From a bacterium (GTDB taxonomy: Bacteria > UBA8248): 64,000 nucleotides of DNA. Position 1 is the stretch's first letter. Each line of letters starts with the position of its first letter. Of the stretch, positions 39,069-48,889 are shown in pieces. The position numbers and the translations under genes are program-made. Location: assembly GCA_022825065.1 (NCBI GenBank), contig JAJDYR010000022.1:203802-267801 (forward strand). Reading direction: 5' to 3'. Below the pieces are notes generated by a model, which saw only the letters and a list, made by a program, of their open reading frames with translations, was not told the origin of the DNA and did not search any database.

Positions 39069-39854
39069 CTATTCGAAATGCCAGTGCCGACGCCGGTATT
39101 CTTCGGGCGTGGGCAGGCACGGGTTCTTCCTGAAGCGAACCACCCTTTCCAGAAAAATTTCCACCTCCTCGGGTTCGAGAAGATCGTCCATCTCACGCCT
39201 CAAGGAACTGTCGCTATCTCGCAGGCCGGCTTCCAGCCTTTTGACGTCGTTCAACTGCGCCTCGGGCAGGGAAACGCCCGCATAGTCCCAGATGACGGTA
39301 CGCAGCTTGGGTTCCGCGTGAAACGTGAGGCCGTGATCGATTCCCCAGACGCGCCCGTCTTCGGATTTGAAGCAATGGCCTCCCTTGCGATCCGTGTTGT
39401 TCACCATGATGTCGAATGCGGCGATCAGCACCAGTTCCGGACGCTCCTCGGCGCGGAGCGTGAAATAGTTCGATTTCCCGTCATAGGGCACGCACAACTG
39501 CATGGAACCCTCCCCGTGCGGGCCTTCGCGAATCACCGTCGGGGGAACGAGGTGCCATCCCAGGTGATGGCTCACCAGAAAAGAGCACCTTTCCCGGAAA
39601 TGAAGCGTTCCGTAGGGGAAATCCCATAGTGGCCTCTCCCCGCTCGCAGGCTTGTATATCCCCCAGAACTGGAAATCCTCCGCGCCCATCCTCACGGCGA
39701 ACGTATAGTTCGAGCCTTGCGGCACCAGCTCGCCGCCCAGAATTTCCGAGTTCAGAAGAAGGTTCTCGATCTCCTCCGGTTCGAATCGATACGCCTGCGA
39801 TTCGGACGCATCCACCGTTTCCTGGGCTTCAGGAGGAGAAAATTTCCGGGCCAC
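39069..39854 (-). CDS. SCO1664 family protein (PI3/4-kinase-like fold)
   Basis: GSNYTF, IYKP..GERPLWDFP.GTL..RE, NNTDRKGGH, IDHGLTF. Start uncertain (GTG at 39854). Confidence 0.9.
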   Translation of the reverse strand: MARKFSPPEAQETVDASESQAYRFEPEEIENLLLNSEILGGELVPQGSNYTFAVRMGAEDFQFWGIYKPASGERPLWDFPYGTLHFRERCSFLVSHHLGWHLVPPTVIREGPHGEGSMQLCVPYDGKSNYFTLRAEERPELVLIAAFDIMVNNTDRKGGHCFKSEDGRVWGIDHGLTFHAEPKLRTVIWDYAGVSLPEAQLNDVKRLEAGLRDSDSSLRREMDDLLEPEEVEIFLERVVRFRKNPCLPTPEEYRRRHWHFE

Positions 39855-39886
39855 GAGATTTCCCTGTCGAGTAGGATAGAGCCGGT

Positions 39887-40465
39887 TTAATGACGAAAAT
39901 GCCCGTTCGTATTGGGGTCGACCTTGCCGGTGGCCACCATGGCGTGACGGGAGAGCGCATCCGTCCCCCGCCCGGAGGAGCATTCATCGAGGCTTTGGTT
40001 GATGAATTCTTCCAGCTTCGCATGCGCGAGACTCACCTGCAGCGCGGCGGGGCCGACGGCCTCCTCTTCGTATTCCTCTTCTTCGGAAGACTCCCCCTCC
40101 GAGGCGACCTCGTCCCGTTCATCGTAAAAAAAGACCGTGACGCGGCCTTTGCCCGGGCCATAAGCCAGCCCCAGACGACTCACCTTGAACTCGAGCAACC
40201 CCTCGGAACTCACCGGGGTGGAGCCGACCTCGGCGATGTCGGGAAAATCCGGCTCCTCGCCCGAGCGTTCCCCTTCCCCTTTCGCCTCCACCATCTTTTT
40301 CATCGCCATCGAAAGGCCGTAGACCTGTTCTTTTTCCAGCCAGAGCGTGGCGGCCGCTTTCGTCGGGCAATCGATCAGAATGCGGAAAATCCTCTTTCCC
40401 GCAACGCCGATCGCTTCCGTTTGGATTTTTTCGACCTCGCCGAAATTATGTTTGGCAGAATCCAT
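39887..40465 (-). CDS. DUF3090 family protein
   Basis: AIGVAGKRIFRI, LWLEKEQ, EFKV..LGLAY, SGR, NGH tail; adjacent to the SCO1664 gene as in Actinobacteria/Chloroflexi. Confidence 0.85.
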   Translation of the reverse strand: MDSAKHNFGEVEKIQTEAIGVAGKRIFRILIDCPTKAAATLWLEKEQVYGLSMAMKKMVEAKGEGERSGEEPDFPDIAEVGSTPVSSEGLLEFKVSRLGLAYGPGKGRVTVFFYDERDEVASEGESSEEEEYEEEAVGPAALQVSLAHAKLEEFINQSLDECSSGRGTDALSRHAMVATGKVDPNTNGHFRH

Positions 40466-40651
40466 GTGAGATATAAAACTCCGCGATGCGATATGAGACG
40501 GCTCGTGATGGGTATACCATAAACGGATGTCCCAACCTTGTCTATTCAAATTTTTCTCGCCACCGCTTCTGGTTTCATCGACGAGAAATTGTGTTTATAA
40601 TCAACAACAGCGCCCGCCGTACATTTTCCTGATGGCCCGAGAATCCACCGC

Positions 40652-40813
40652 ATGGCGAAAAGAAATCCCAGAAAATCCGCCGCCGTCAAACACGGACTTC
40701 TCGAATATCTGCTCCTGAGCGTTCTCGTGCTCGTCGTCGTGGTTACGGCTTGGACTCTCTATGACAACGGCATCATCGACACGTTCATCGAACTCATCAG
40801 GGGTGCTCGCTAG
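40652..40813 (+). CDS. Small Flp-pilin-like membrane protein (53 aa, below ORF-track cutoff)
   Basis: MAKRNPRKSAAVKHGLLEYLLLSVLVLVVVVTAWTLYDNGIIDTFIELIRGAR: basic leader, EY motif, hydrophobic helix, GC-rich third codon positions. Confidence 0.6.
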   Translation: MAKRNPRKSAAVKHGLLEYLLLSVLVLVVVVTAWTLYDNGIIDTFIELIRGAR

Positions 40814-41023
40814 AGAACGATGCGCGCCCGGGAGTCGCGCCTCCTGTCCTCCGAAGTCCGCACCACCCCTCATAATTCGGCGCGTCAAAAGCAAACGACC
40901 AAATTTCCATACCATGGATTCGGAGCAAACAACATCCGCCTGCCAAAAACCCCGAACCGGCTACACACTTTTGCCTAAATAGTGATAGCCTCCCAAAAAT
41001 CGTCACACATCAGAGGTTGCTCA

Positions 41024-41830
41024 TTGGTCCGGCTCATATCCAAAACACTGCCAACTCCCGACGGCCCGCTCGCCTATACCGAAGCGGGAGCCGGCGATAA
41101 TGAACCCCTCCTCCTCGTGCACGGCGGCTTCGGGGCGGCGAACCACTGGGCGAAAAACCAGGCTTTCTTCGCCGAGCACTACCGCACCCTGGCAATCGAT
41201 CTCCCCGCCTTCGGGGAAAGCTACCGGCCGCCCAAGCCGCACACGGCAGCCTCCGTCACGCAGGGCATCGGGCGACTGCTCGACGGGCTTGGAATCGAAG
41301 AGTGCTCCTGCGTGGCTTTTTCCTTCGGCGCGACGATGAGCGTGACGTATTGCCGGGAAAACGCCTCCAGGTTCAAAAAACTCGTTCTGCTGGGACCGGG
41401 GGGGTTGGGGATCACGGGAGACGTCAAGCTCGGCGATGAGCGCCGCGCCACCAGGGAGATGAGCCCCGAGGAGAAGCACGCGGTATTCGTTCACAACCAA
41501 AAAGCGCTGATGTTCAAAAACCCGGCCTGCGCGGATGAGGCGTACCTCTCCCGGGCATGGACGAACCTCAAGAATTCGAGGATGAACATCTACGCCATGA
41601 ACCGCGAGCCCTACCTGCCCGATCTGCTTCCGGCGTGCGCCATGCCGATGCTGATATTGTGGGGAGACGCCGACGTCATCGCCTATCCCACGCCGGAGGA
41701 ACGGCAGCGCGCTTGCCAAAAAGCCGCCCCCCATGCAGAACTAGGGATTATTCCGGACGCCGGGCACATGGCCCAGTGGGAGCAACCCGAGGTATTCAAC
41801 GAACGTGTACTGAAATTCCTAAGGTCTTAA
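41024..41830 (+). CDS. Alpha/beta hydrolase (meta-cleavage-product hydrolase-like)
   Basis: VHGGFG, AFSFG nucleophile, WGDAD, AGHMAQWEQP. Start TTG 41024 (alternative 40982). Confidence 0.9.
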   Translation: MVRLISKTLPTPDGPLAYTEAGAGDNEPLLLVHGGFGAANHWAKNQAFFAEHYRTLAIDLPAFGESYRPPKPHTAASVTQGIGRLLDGLGIEECSCVAFSFGATMSVTYCRENASRFKKLVLLGPGGLGITGDVKLGDERRATREMSPEEKHAVFVHNQKALMFKNPACADEAYLSRAWTNLKNSRMNIYAMNREPYLPDLLPACAMPMLILWGDADVIAYPTPEERQRACQKAAPHAELGIIPDAGHMAQWEQPEVFNERVLKFLRS

Positions 41831-41859
41831 ATACCCATCATCGCTGAGGAGAGCGTTTC

Positions 41860-42627
41860 ATGAGCAAAACGAGCTTTGATTTTTCCGGACAGGTCGCCGT
41901 CGTCACGGGTGGCTCACGCGGCATCGGCAAGGGGTCGGCGGAGAAGTTCGCCGAGGCGGGCGCCAAGGCCTATCTCGTCGACATCGACGTCGAACCCGGA
42001 GAAGCCGCCGCGGCCGGCATCCGCGAGAACGGGGGGGACGCCACCTTCATCGACTGCGACCTCACGGACTCGGTGGCCGTGAAACAGATGATAGAGCGCA
42101 TCGTGAACGAGGCGGGCGCCATCGACATTTTCGTGAACTGCGCGGGCGGGTTTCACCAGCAACTCTCCATGGGCGATACGTCGGAAGACGAGTGGGACGC
42201 CGTGGTGGACAGAAACCTGAAGAGCGTGTTCCTTACCTCGAAGCATCTGACGCCCGTTTTCGAAAAACAAAAGGGCGGCTGCGTGATCAACCTGGGCTCC
42301 ATGTCGGGAATCACCACGCTCCAGCCTTCTTCCCCGCCCTATGCGGCGGCCAAGGCGGGCGTCCACGCCCTGACCCGCGTGCTCGCCTACGACCTAGGGC
42401 AATACAACGTGCGCGTGAACGCCATCGCACCCGGAACGACGGCGACCGAGCGCGTCATCGCGGTGCGCTCGGAAGAACAGCGCGAGATGATCGGCAAGGG
42501 CACGCTTCTCGGCCGCATCGCCGACGTGGACGACATGGTGGGCTGGGTGCTCATGCTGGCCTCGCCCGAATCCGCTTACCTCACGGGCCAGACCATCGCC
42601 GTGAACGCGGGCCGATACATGTCGTAG
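41860..42627 (+). CDS. Short-chain dehydrogenase/reductase
   Basis: TGGSRGIG, NCAG, YAAAK. Confidence 0.94.
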   Translation: MSKTSFDFSGQVAVVTGGSRGIGKGSAEKFAEAGAKAYLVDIDVEPGEAAAAGIRENGGDATFIDCDLTDSVAVKQMIERIVNEAGAIDIFVNCAGGFHQQLSMGDTSEDEWDAVVDRNLKSVFLTSKHLTPVFEKQKGGCVINLGSMSGITTLQPSSPPYAAAKAGVHALTRVLAYDLGQYNVRVNAIAPGTTATERVIAVRSEEQREMIGKGTLLGRIADVDDMVGWVLMLASPESAYLTGQTIAVNAGRYMS

Positions 42628-42670
42628 CGATGACAATCTTTACGCGCTTACAGCCATTTTGAGGAATTCG

Positions 42671-43294
42671 ATGAGCGAATACCTGGAATTCGACCCTAAC
42701 GAGATAGAGAGGCGCGAGATTTACCGCCTGCTCACGGGCTCCATCGTCCCCCGCCCCATCGGCTGGGCGTCATCTGTCAGCAAGGAGGGGGTCCACAACA
42801 TCGCGCCATTCAGCTTCTTCACCTGCGTGTGCGTGGCGCCGCCGATGATATCGCTCACCGTGGCGAGAAACCCCGACGGCACCAAGAAGCACACCCTCAT
42901 CAACGCCGAGGAAACCGGGGAATTCTGCTTCAACGTCGTCACCCACCGCCATTGGGAGCAGATGGTGGACACGGCGAACGGCATTCCGGCGGAGGAGAGC
43001 GAATTCGACGCCACCGGCCTCGAACCCATACCCGCCAGGAAAGTGAAGGCCCCCCGCATCAAGGACGCGCCCATCCACTTCGAGTGCAAGACCCATAACG
43101 TGTTCGAACTGGGGCCGAACAAACACCCGCTCCTGATCGGGGAAGTCGTGTACTTCCACGTCAACCCCGACGTCATGACGGGCGGATACATCGACATGAA
43201 AAAACTAGGTCCCATCGGCCGTTTGAACGGCTTCTGGCAGTGCACGCTCGGGGAGTTTCTGGAGAGGAGTTTTCAGGACGGACAGCCGAGATAG
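42671..43294 (+). CDS. Flavin reductase-like (flavoredoxin/DIM6/NTAB) protein
   Basis: IVPRPIGW, NIAPFSFF, PIGRL; gagg SD. Confidence 0.92.
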   Translation: MSEYLEFDPNEIERREIYRLLTGSIVPRPIGWASSVSKEGVHNIAPFSFFTCVCVAPPMISLTVARNPDGTKKHTLINAEETGEFCFNVVTHRHWEQMVDTANGIPAEESEFDATGLEPIPARKVKAPRIKDAPIHFECKTHNVFELGPNKHPLLIGEVVYFHVNPDVMTGGYIDMKKLGPIGRLNGFWQCTLGEFLERSFQDGQPR

Positions 43295-43364
43295 GGCCGA
43301 GAACGAACTAAAACATCGAGAATCTACTTGATATATAGCATATAACTATCTGTTAGATATTTAT

Positions 43365-43571
43365 TTACTCAACATCAAATCCGGCGTCTTCAACGGCGGC
43401 GCGCAAGGAGTCAAGGCTCGTCGCCCCCTCATCGAAAACGACCGTCGCCCTGCCTCCTTCCAGGTCGACGGCGGCTTCGGCCACGCCTTCCACGCCGCTT
43501 AACGCCTCCTGGACCGCGGACTGGCACATCCCGCAACTCATGCCGCCTACGATGATCTCCACTTTCGCCAT
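43365..43571 (-). CDS. copZ: Copper chaperone CopZ
   Basis: GMSCGMC HMA motif, AVEDAGF; ggaga SD before the ATG at 43571. Confidence 0.9.
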   Translation of the reverse strand: MAKVEIIVGGMSCGMCQSAVQEALSGVEGVAEAAVDLEGGRATVVFDEGATSLDSLRAAVEDAGFDVE

Positions 43572-43605
43572 TTCAACCTCTCCAAAAGAAATCGAGTCGG
43601 TAGAC

Positions 43606-46038
43606 CTATAAGCCCGCATCCCGAACCTGGCCCGCGCTCCTCGAACGGGCGGGCTTCCAGTTTCTGAGCAACAAGGTGTTCGACACGACGGATACGGAAC
43701 TGAACGCCATGGCCGCCCCCGCGACGATGGGGCTTAAAAAACCAAAAGCCGCGAGAGGGATGCCGAGAATGTTGTAGAAAAACGCCCAGAACAGATTCTG
43801 GCGGATTTTCCTCATCACGGTCTTCGAGAGGTGAACCCCCGCCACGACGCCCATCAGATCACCCTGCATCAGCGTGATGTCCGACGCCTCCATCGCGATG
43901 TCCGTCCCCGAGCCGACCGCGAAGCCCACGTCCGCGGCGGCCAGTGCGGGAGCGTCGTTGATGCCGTCGCCCACCATGCCCACTTTCTTGCCGCCTCGCC
44001 TGAGTTGTTCCACCATGGCCGCCTTTTCATCCGGCATCACGTCCGCCATGACATGCGATACGCCCGCCTGCGCCGCCACGGCCTGCGCCGTGCGCTCGTT
44101 GTCGCCCGTCAACATGTAGACTTCGACACCCATGCCCTGTAGAGCCGCAACCGCTTCCGCCGAGTTCTCCCTCAGGGTATCGGCGACGCCGATGACGCCC
44201 AGCAGGCCCCCGTCATCGGCGGCGAGGATCACCGTTCTCCCCTGCGATTCGAGGCGGTGAATCTCATCGACAAGTCCAGACGCTCCCACGCCGCGCTCCG
44301 CCAGGAACTTCTCGTTGCCCAGATAAACTTTCCGCCCACCCACCTCCGCTTCCAGGCCGTGCCCCGGAAAGGCGCGGAAATCCCGCATTTCGAGCAATTC
44401 AACCCCGCGCGCTTCCGCCTCATCGACTATCGATTTGCCCAGCGGATGCTCGGAACCCCGCTCCGCGCTCGCCGCGAGCCTGAGCAACTCCTCTTCGGTG
44501 AGTCCGCCGAGCGGCAATATGTCGGTCACCACGGGCGTCCCCCTGGTCAGCGTGCCCGTCTTGTCCAGTATGACGGCGTCGAGCCTGTGCGCCGTCTCCA
44601 GGGACTCGCCGCCCTTGATGAGAACCCCGGCCTCGGCCCCTTTGCCCGTGCCCACCATGATGGCCGTAGGCGTCGCCAGGCCCAAGGCGCACGGGCAGGC
44701 GATGACCAAAACGGCGACGGCGTTGATGAGCGCCGGCGTGAACGGCCCCGCAAAGTCCCAAAGAATGTACGTGACGAGAGCGATTCCCAGCACGATGGGC
44801 ACGAACACCCCCGAAACCCTGTCCGCGGTGCGCTGGATCGGCGCCTTGGAGCCCTGCGCCTGCTCCACCATGCGGATGATCTGGGCCAGCACCGTTTCCT
44901 TGCCCACCCTCAAGGCCCGGAACTTCACCGCCCCGTCGATGTTGAGCGTGGCCCCGGTGACGGCGTCGTCCACGCCTTTCGCGACGGGAACGCTCTCGCC
45001 CGTCAGCATCGACTCATCCACGGAAGTGGCGCCCTCCAGGATAATCCCGTCCACGGGGTATTTTTCGCCCGGCCGCACCATGACGACGTCGTCCACAACC
45101 ACTTCACCCACGGGAACCTCGCGTTCCTCCCCGTCGCGGAGCACCCGCGCCGTCTTCGCCTGAAGGCCCATCAGCTTCTTGATGGCTTCGGAAGTTCTGC
45201 CCACGGCGCGTTCTTCGAGCACTTTCCCGAGCAGGATGAGCGTGATCAGGACAGCGGACGCCTCGAAATACACATGATGCCCGCTCAGACCCCACAGGGT
45301 CACCACGCTGCTGTGCAGCCAGGCCGCGCTCGTGCCCAGGGCGACGAGAACGTCCATGTTCGCGCCGCCGCCCATGAGCGAATGGTACGCACCCCGGTAA
45401 AACCGCCGGCCCACGATGAACTGCACGGGCGTGGCGAGCGCGAACTGCCACCACCTGGGCAATTCCCATCCCCCCGCGCCCGGAAGCATGCCCGCCATCT
45501 GGAAGAGAAGCGGCGCGGACAAAACAGCGGAGAGCACGAGCAGGCGCACGCTTTTCCTGAATTCGCGCTCCCGTTTCAGTTTCTCCGTATCCTGTTCCTC
45601 ATCCATCACGGGGCGGGTCGAATACCCCGCCCCGGCCACATAATCGAAAATATCATCCGCGCGAGCGACCGCCGGCTGGAACTCGACTCGGCCCTGGGCC
45701 TTCGAGAGGTCCACGCCGGCGGACACGACGCCATCGAGCTCCCTCAATTGCTCTTCCAGGCCAGCCGCATCCGCCGCGCTCTTCACCCCCTCTATCTTGA
45801 ACTCGACGAGAGTATGCGGAACGCGGAATCCGGTTTTCTCCACTCTTCTGGTGATGTCGGCGGGCGTGACCTGGGCGGGAACGAATTCGACCTGAGCGCG
45901 CGCCAGGGCCAGATTCACATTCGCGCGCAACACGCCGTCAAGCGCGCCGAGTCGCTTTTGCAACCTCGCCGAGCAGGCGGCGCAAGACATGCCTTCGACC
46001 GGAAATTCGAGCGTTTCGGGAATGGAATTTATCGACAC
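43606..46038 (-). CDS. copA: Cu(I)-translocating P1B-1 ATPase
   Basis: GMSCAAC, TGES, CPC, DKTGT, SEHP, GDGIND, YN and MxxSS. Confidence 0.97.
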   Translation of the reverse strand: MSINSIPETLEFPVEGMSCAACSARLQKRLGALDGVLRANVNLALARAQVEFVPAQVTPADITRRVEKTGFRVPHTLVEFKIEGVKSAADAAGLEEQLRELDGVVSAGVDLSKAQGRVEFQPAVARADDIFDYVAGAGYSTRPVMDEEQDTEKLKREREFRKSVRLLVLSAVLSAPLLFQMAGMLPGAGGWELPRWWQFALATPVQFIVGRRFYRGAYHSLMGGGANMDVLVALGTSAAWLHSSVVTLWGLSGHHVYFEASAVLITLILLGKVLEERAVGRTSEAIKKLMGLQAKTARVLRDGEEREVPVGEVVVDDVVMVRPGEKYPVDGIILEGATSVDESMLTGESVPVAKGVDDAVTGATLNIDGAVKFRALRVGKETVLAQIIRMVEQAQGSKAPIQRTADRVSGVFVPIVLGIALVTYILWDFAGPFTPALINAVAVLVIACPCALGLATPTAIMVGTGKGAEAGVLIKGGESLETAHRLDAVILDKTGTLTRGTPVVTDILPLGGLTEEELLRLAASAERGSEHPLGKSIVDEAEARGVELLEMRDFRAFPGHGLEAEVGGRKVYLGNEKFLAERGVGASGLVDEIHRLESQGRTVILAADDGGLLGVIGVADTLRENSAEAVAALQGMGVEVYMLTGDNERTAQAVAAQAGVSHVMADVMPDEKAAMVEQLRRGGKKVGMVGDGINDAPALAAADVGFAVGSGTDIAMEASDITLMQGDLMGVVAGVHLSKTVMRKIRQNLFWAFFYNILGIPLAAFGFLSPIVAGAAMAFSSVSVVSNTLLLRNWKPARSRSAGQVRDAGL

Positions 46039-46047
46039 GTCATACTC

Positions 46048-47196
46048 CTAGCCCAGGGCCTGTAGCTTTATGTTTATGCTCATCTCGCTGCCATCGCGCA
46101 TCAATCGCACTTCCACCACGTCGCCCACCTTGTGCGCATCGAGGGCGTCCAGCAGGTCATCGAGCGAAGTGATGGAGTGCTCTCCCACGCCGACAATCAC
46201 GTCGCCGAGCACGAGGCGGCCTTCCCGGTTTCTCCCGGTGCCGCGCAACCCCGCGCCTTCCGCCGCGCTGCCTTTTTGCACGCGGATGATCAGTACGCCC
46301 CGCACGCCGAAGCGCTCCGCCGTACCCTTGTCCGCCACATGGATGCCGAGCCCGGGCCTGATGACGCGGCCATGACGGAGCAACTGGGGCACCACCCGGT
46401 TCACCGTATCCACGGGAACCGCAAAACCGATGCCCGCGTTGGAGCCCGAGGGGCTGAAAATAGCGGTGTTGACGCCTATCAGGCGCCCGGCGCTGTCCAG
46501 AAGAGGCCCCCCGGAATTGCCCGGATTGATCGCGGCGTCGGTCTGGATGACGCCGCTGATCTTGCGGCCCGACACGCCGTTGATCTCACGCCCCAGAGCG
46601 CTGATGATTCCCGTCGTGAGCGTCTGGTCCAGCCCGAAGGGATTGCCGATGGCGAACACACGCTGGCCCACCTGCAGGTTCGCGGACTGGCCGATGGCGA
46701 TAGGCTTCAAGCGATCCCTCGGCGCGTTGATGAACAGAACCGCCAAATCCTGATCCGGCGCCCCGCCCACCACGCGCGCATCCCACTCGGAATTATCCGC
46801 CAGGGTGACGCGCAGGGCGCTCGCTCCCTGGATGACGTGAAAATTGGTGATGACGTGGCCCTGATCGTTCCAGACGAAGCCCGAGCCCGTGCCCTGCGGA
46901 ATCTCGAACAGATTGAGGCTGAACCTGTCGCGCCTCATCGCCAATCTCGTGATGTAGACGACCGACGGAGAGGAGAGACGGAAAAGCTCTATGTTGGATT
47001 TTTCCTCGGCGGCGAGATCCCCGCGCGGGGTGACGACGCGGGGCACGGCGTCCGGATCGTGGAAGTTGTCGAAATATCCCCTGGCGAAAAGCCACGCGAG
47101 TACAACACCCGCAAAAAATACGCACCAGACGAACCATCGCCATGCGCCGGCATACACGAGACCTCCGCGCCTGAATTCACGACCTCCCCCGTTCAT
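46048..47196 (-). CDS. HtrA/DegP-like serine protease with one PDZ domain
   Basis: TM anchor, GSGF, TNFHV, DLAVL, INPGNSGG. Confidence 0.95.
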   Translation of the reverse strand: MNGGGREFRRGGLVYAGAWRWFVWCVFFAGVVLAWLFARGYFDNFHDPDAVPRVVTPRGDLAAEEKSNIELFRLSSPSVVYITRLAMRRDRFSLNLFEIPQGTGSGFVWNDQGHVITNFHVIQGASALRVTLADNSEWDARVVGGAPDQDLAVLFINAPRDRLKPIAIGQSANLQVGQRVFAIGNPFGLDQTLTTGIISALGREINGVSGRKISGVIQTDAAINPGNSGGPLLDSAGRLIGVNTAIFSPSGSNAGIGFAVPVDTVNRVVPQLLRHGRVIRPGLGIHVADKGTAERFGVRGVLIIRVQKGSAAEGAGLRGTGRNREGRLVLGDVIVGVGEHSITSLDDLLDALDAHKVGDVVEVRLMRDGSEMSINIKLQALG

Positions 47197-47825
47197 TCCG
47201 ACTCCTCACTCCGCGTCCAGGGCAGGCTCATGAAAGCACGCTCGCAGTCTGCGCGCAAAGAAGGCTCATCCCGGGAGCACCTCGCGATGATATGCGCGCC
47301 CTGAATCTGGGAGAAATAAGAACGCGCGAAAACAAGCGGGGTGATACGCCCCGGAAGGTCTCCTTCTTTCTGGGACTGCGCCAATACGAGGGCGATTCTC
47401 TCGAAAACGCCGTCCCACACCTTTTTCAGCTTCACGCGCATCTCCTCGTCCAGGGCGCTGAGCTCGAGCGAGAGGTTCCCGATGGGGCATCCGCAGCACG
47501 GGGAATCCTGAATCGGCATGCGGGCGTAGGACTCCGCCAGACGCCTGATTTTCTCACGCCCCCTCGCCTGAATATCAAACGACGGAGAGAGGTAGTTTTG
47601 ATGAAGAAGCGATTCGTAATGATCGATGACGGCGAGCCCCAGGTTCTTCTTGGAGCGGAAAAAATAATACAAACTCCCCCGGTTCACCCGGGCGGCCTGC
47701 GCGACCATATCGAGCGACGTGGCGTGAAAACCATTTTGATAGACGAGCCGCGCGGCCGCATCTATGATTTTTTGTTTCGTCGCGGACGCCTTGGGGCCTT
47801 TGGGCGTCGCCGTTGCTGATTCCAT
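47193..47825 (-). CDS. TetR/AcrR family regulator (NemR/ComR-like)
   Basis: HTH with GSLYYFFRSK; C-terminal PCCGCPIGNL. Confidence 0.93.
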   Translation of the reverse strand: MESATATPKGPKASATKQKIIDAAARLVYQNGFHATSLDMVAQAARVNRGSLYYFFRSKKNLGLAVIDHYESLLHQNYLSPSFDIQARGREKIRRLAESYARMPIQDSPCCGCPIGNLSLELSALDEEMRVKLKKVWDGVFERIALVLAQSQKEGDLPGRITPLVFARSYFSQIQGAHIIARCSRDEPSLRADCERAFMSLPWTRSEESE

Positions 47826-47880
47826 TCCCTATTACTCCGATCCGTTGGAAACCGCCTGGTGAACAGCAACCCACCGGAAA

Positions 47881-47914
47881 AGGATAATTTATTTTAGTTA
47901 GTCAGTCAACTAAA
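47881..47914 (-). promoter_or_regulatory. Sigma70 promoter with overlapping palindromic operator for tetR-htrA-copA-copZ
   Basis: Minus strand TTGACT(47909-47904)-17 bp-TATCCT(47886-47881); palindrome TTTAGTT-8 bp-AACTAAA at 47893-47914. Confidence 0.75.
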
Positions 47915-47950
47915 TTTTTGTCTATCCGCAGAAACCGGCGTGAAAATTCA

Positions 47951-48889
47951 TTATGTGGAAAGTTCTCGCAAATGCGCGACGACGGAGCGCTCCAATGCGT
48001 CGAGGTTGTATCCGCCCTCGAGAAGACAGACAAGCCGCCCCTCGCAGAGGTTTTCGGCAAGCGCCCTCACCCACTCGGTCAGACGGGCGAACCCGGCTTC
48101 GGTGATCATCAGCCCCCCGAGCGGATCGTCTCGGTGCGCGTCGAACCCCGCCGATACGACGACCGCTTCGGGCCCGTGCACCTCGATGGCGGGGATGACG
48201 CTCTCCTGAAACCTCGCCAGATATTGCTCCTCGGGCGTTCCCGCTGGGACGGGAATGTTGAGCGTCGCACCCTCGCCCGCTCCTTCTCCGGTCTCGCCTG
48301 CGAGCCCCGTACCGGGGTAGTGGGGATGCTGGTGCAGGGAGACGAAAAGCACGTCCGGATCGCTCCAGAAGATATCCTGCGTGCCGTTTCCGTGATGCAC
48401 GTCCCAATCCACCACGGCGATTTTCCGGAGGCCGTGTTTTTCCTGCAGATACCGGACCAGGATGGAGGCGGTGGCGAACAGGCAGAAACCCATGGATTGA
48501 TGGGGCAAGGCGTGATGGCCCGGCGGTCTGGCGGCGCAAAAGGCGTTATCGGCTTCACCGGCCACGACGGCATCCGCCGCGCTCAGGGCCGCATCCACGG
48601 CGGCGAGGGCGGCCTCATAGCTACCAGGGCCTGCCAACGTGTCGCCGCCATCCAGAACGCACCTGCCGCCTGCGCACGCTTCTCGCACGAAGCGGTGGTG
48701 CGATTCCTCATGCACCCTCAGAACCCACTCCTCAGCGTCGTGAGGCTTAATCTCCATGTGTTTGAGCGATGGAACTTGCGGGAGAATTCTCTCGGGCGCC
48801 AGGCGTCTTGCGCGCTCGACGTTCTCCACATGCCGGCCGTTGTCGTGCATGAGAGATTCGGGCGTCCAGAAATACGCGGTCCGGCTCAA
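47951..48889 (-). CDS. Histone deacetylase family amidohydrolase
   Basis: RPPGHH, MGFC, DWDVHHGNGTQ, SAGFDAH..DPLG, LEGGY. Confidence 0.96.
   Translation of the reverse strand: MSRTAYFWTPESLMHDNGRHVENVERARRLAPERILPQVPSLKHMEIKPHDAEEWVLRVHEESHHRFVREACAGGRCVLDGGDTLAGPGSYEAALAAVDAALSAADAVVAGEADNAFCAARPPGHHALPHQSMGFCLFATASILVRYLQEKHGLRKIAVVDWDVHHGNGTQDIFWSDPDVLFVSLHQHPHYPGTGLAGETGEGAGEGATLNIPVPAGTPEEQYLARFQESVIPAIEVHGPEAVVVSAGFDAHRDDPLGGLMITEAGFARLTEWVRALAENLCEGRLVCLLEGGYNLDALERSVVAHLRELST

Noticed and set aside
40914-40982. Short ORF ending KPRTGYTLLPK, resembling a type IV prepilin G|FTLL site, next to the Flp-like gene
   Set aside because: No Glu+5 and no hydrophobic helix, and it stops immediately; likely chance.
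44257-46065. Long antisense ORFs (602 aa here; also 29453-31018, 19344-20870, 27660-29075, 49417-50850, 60838-62163)
   Set aside because: Typical stop-poor shadows of high-GC coding strands, with no recognisable motifs.
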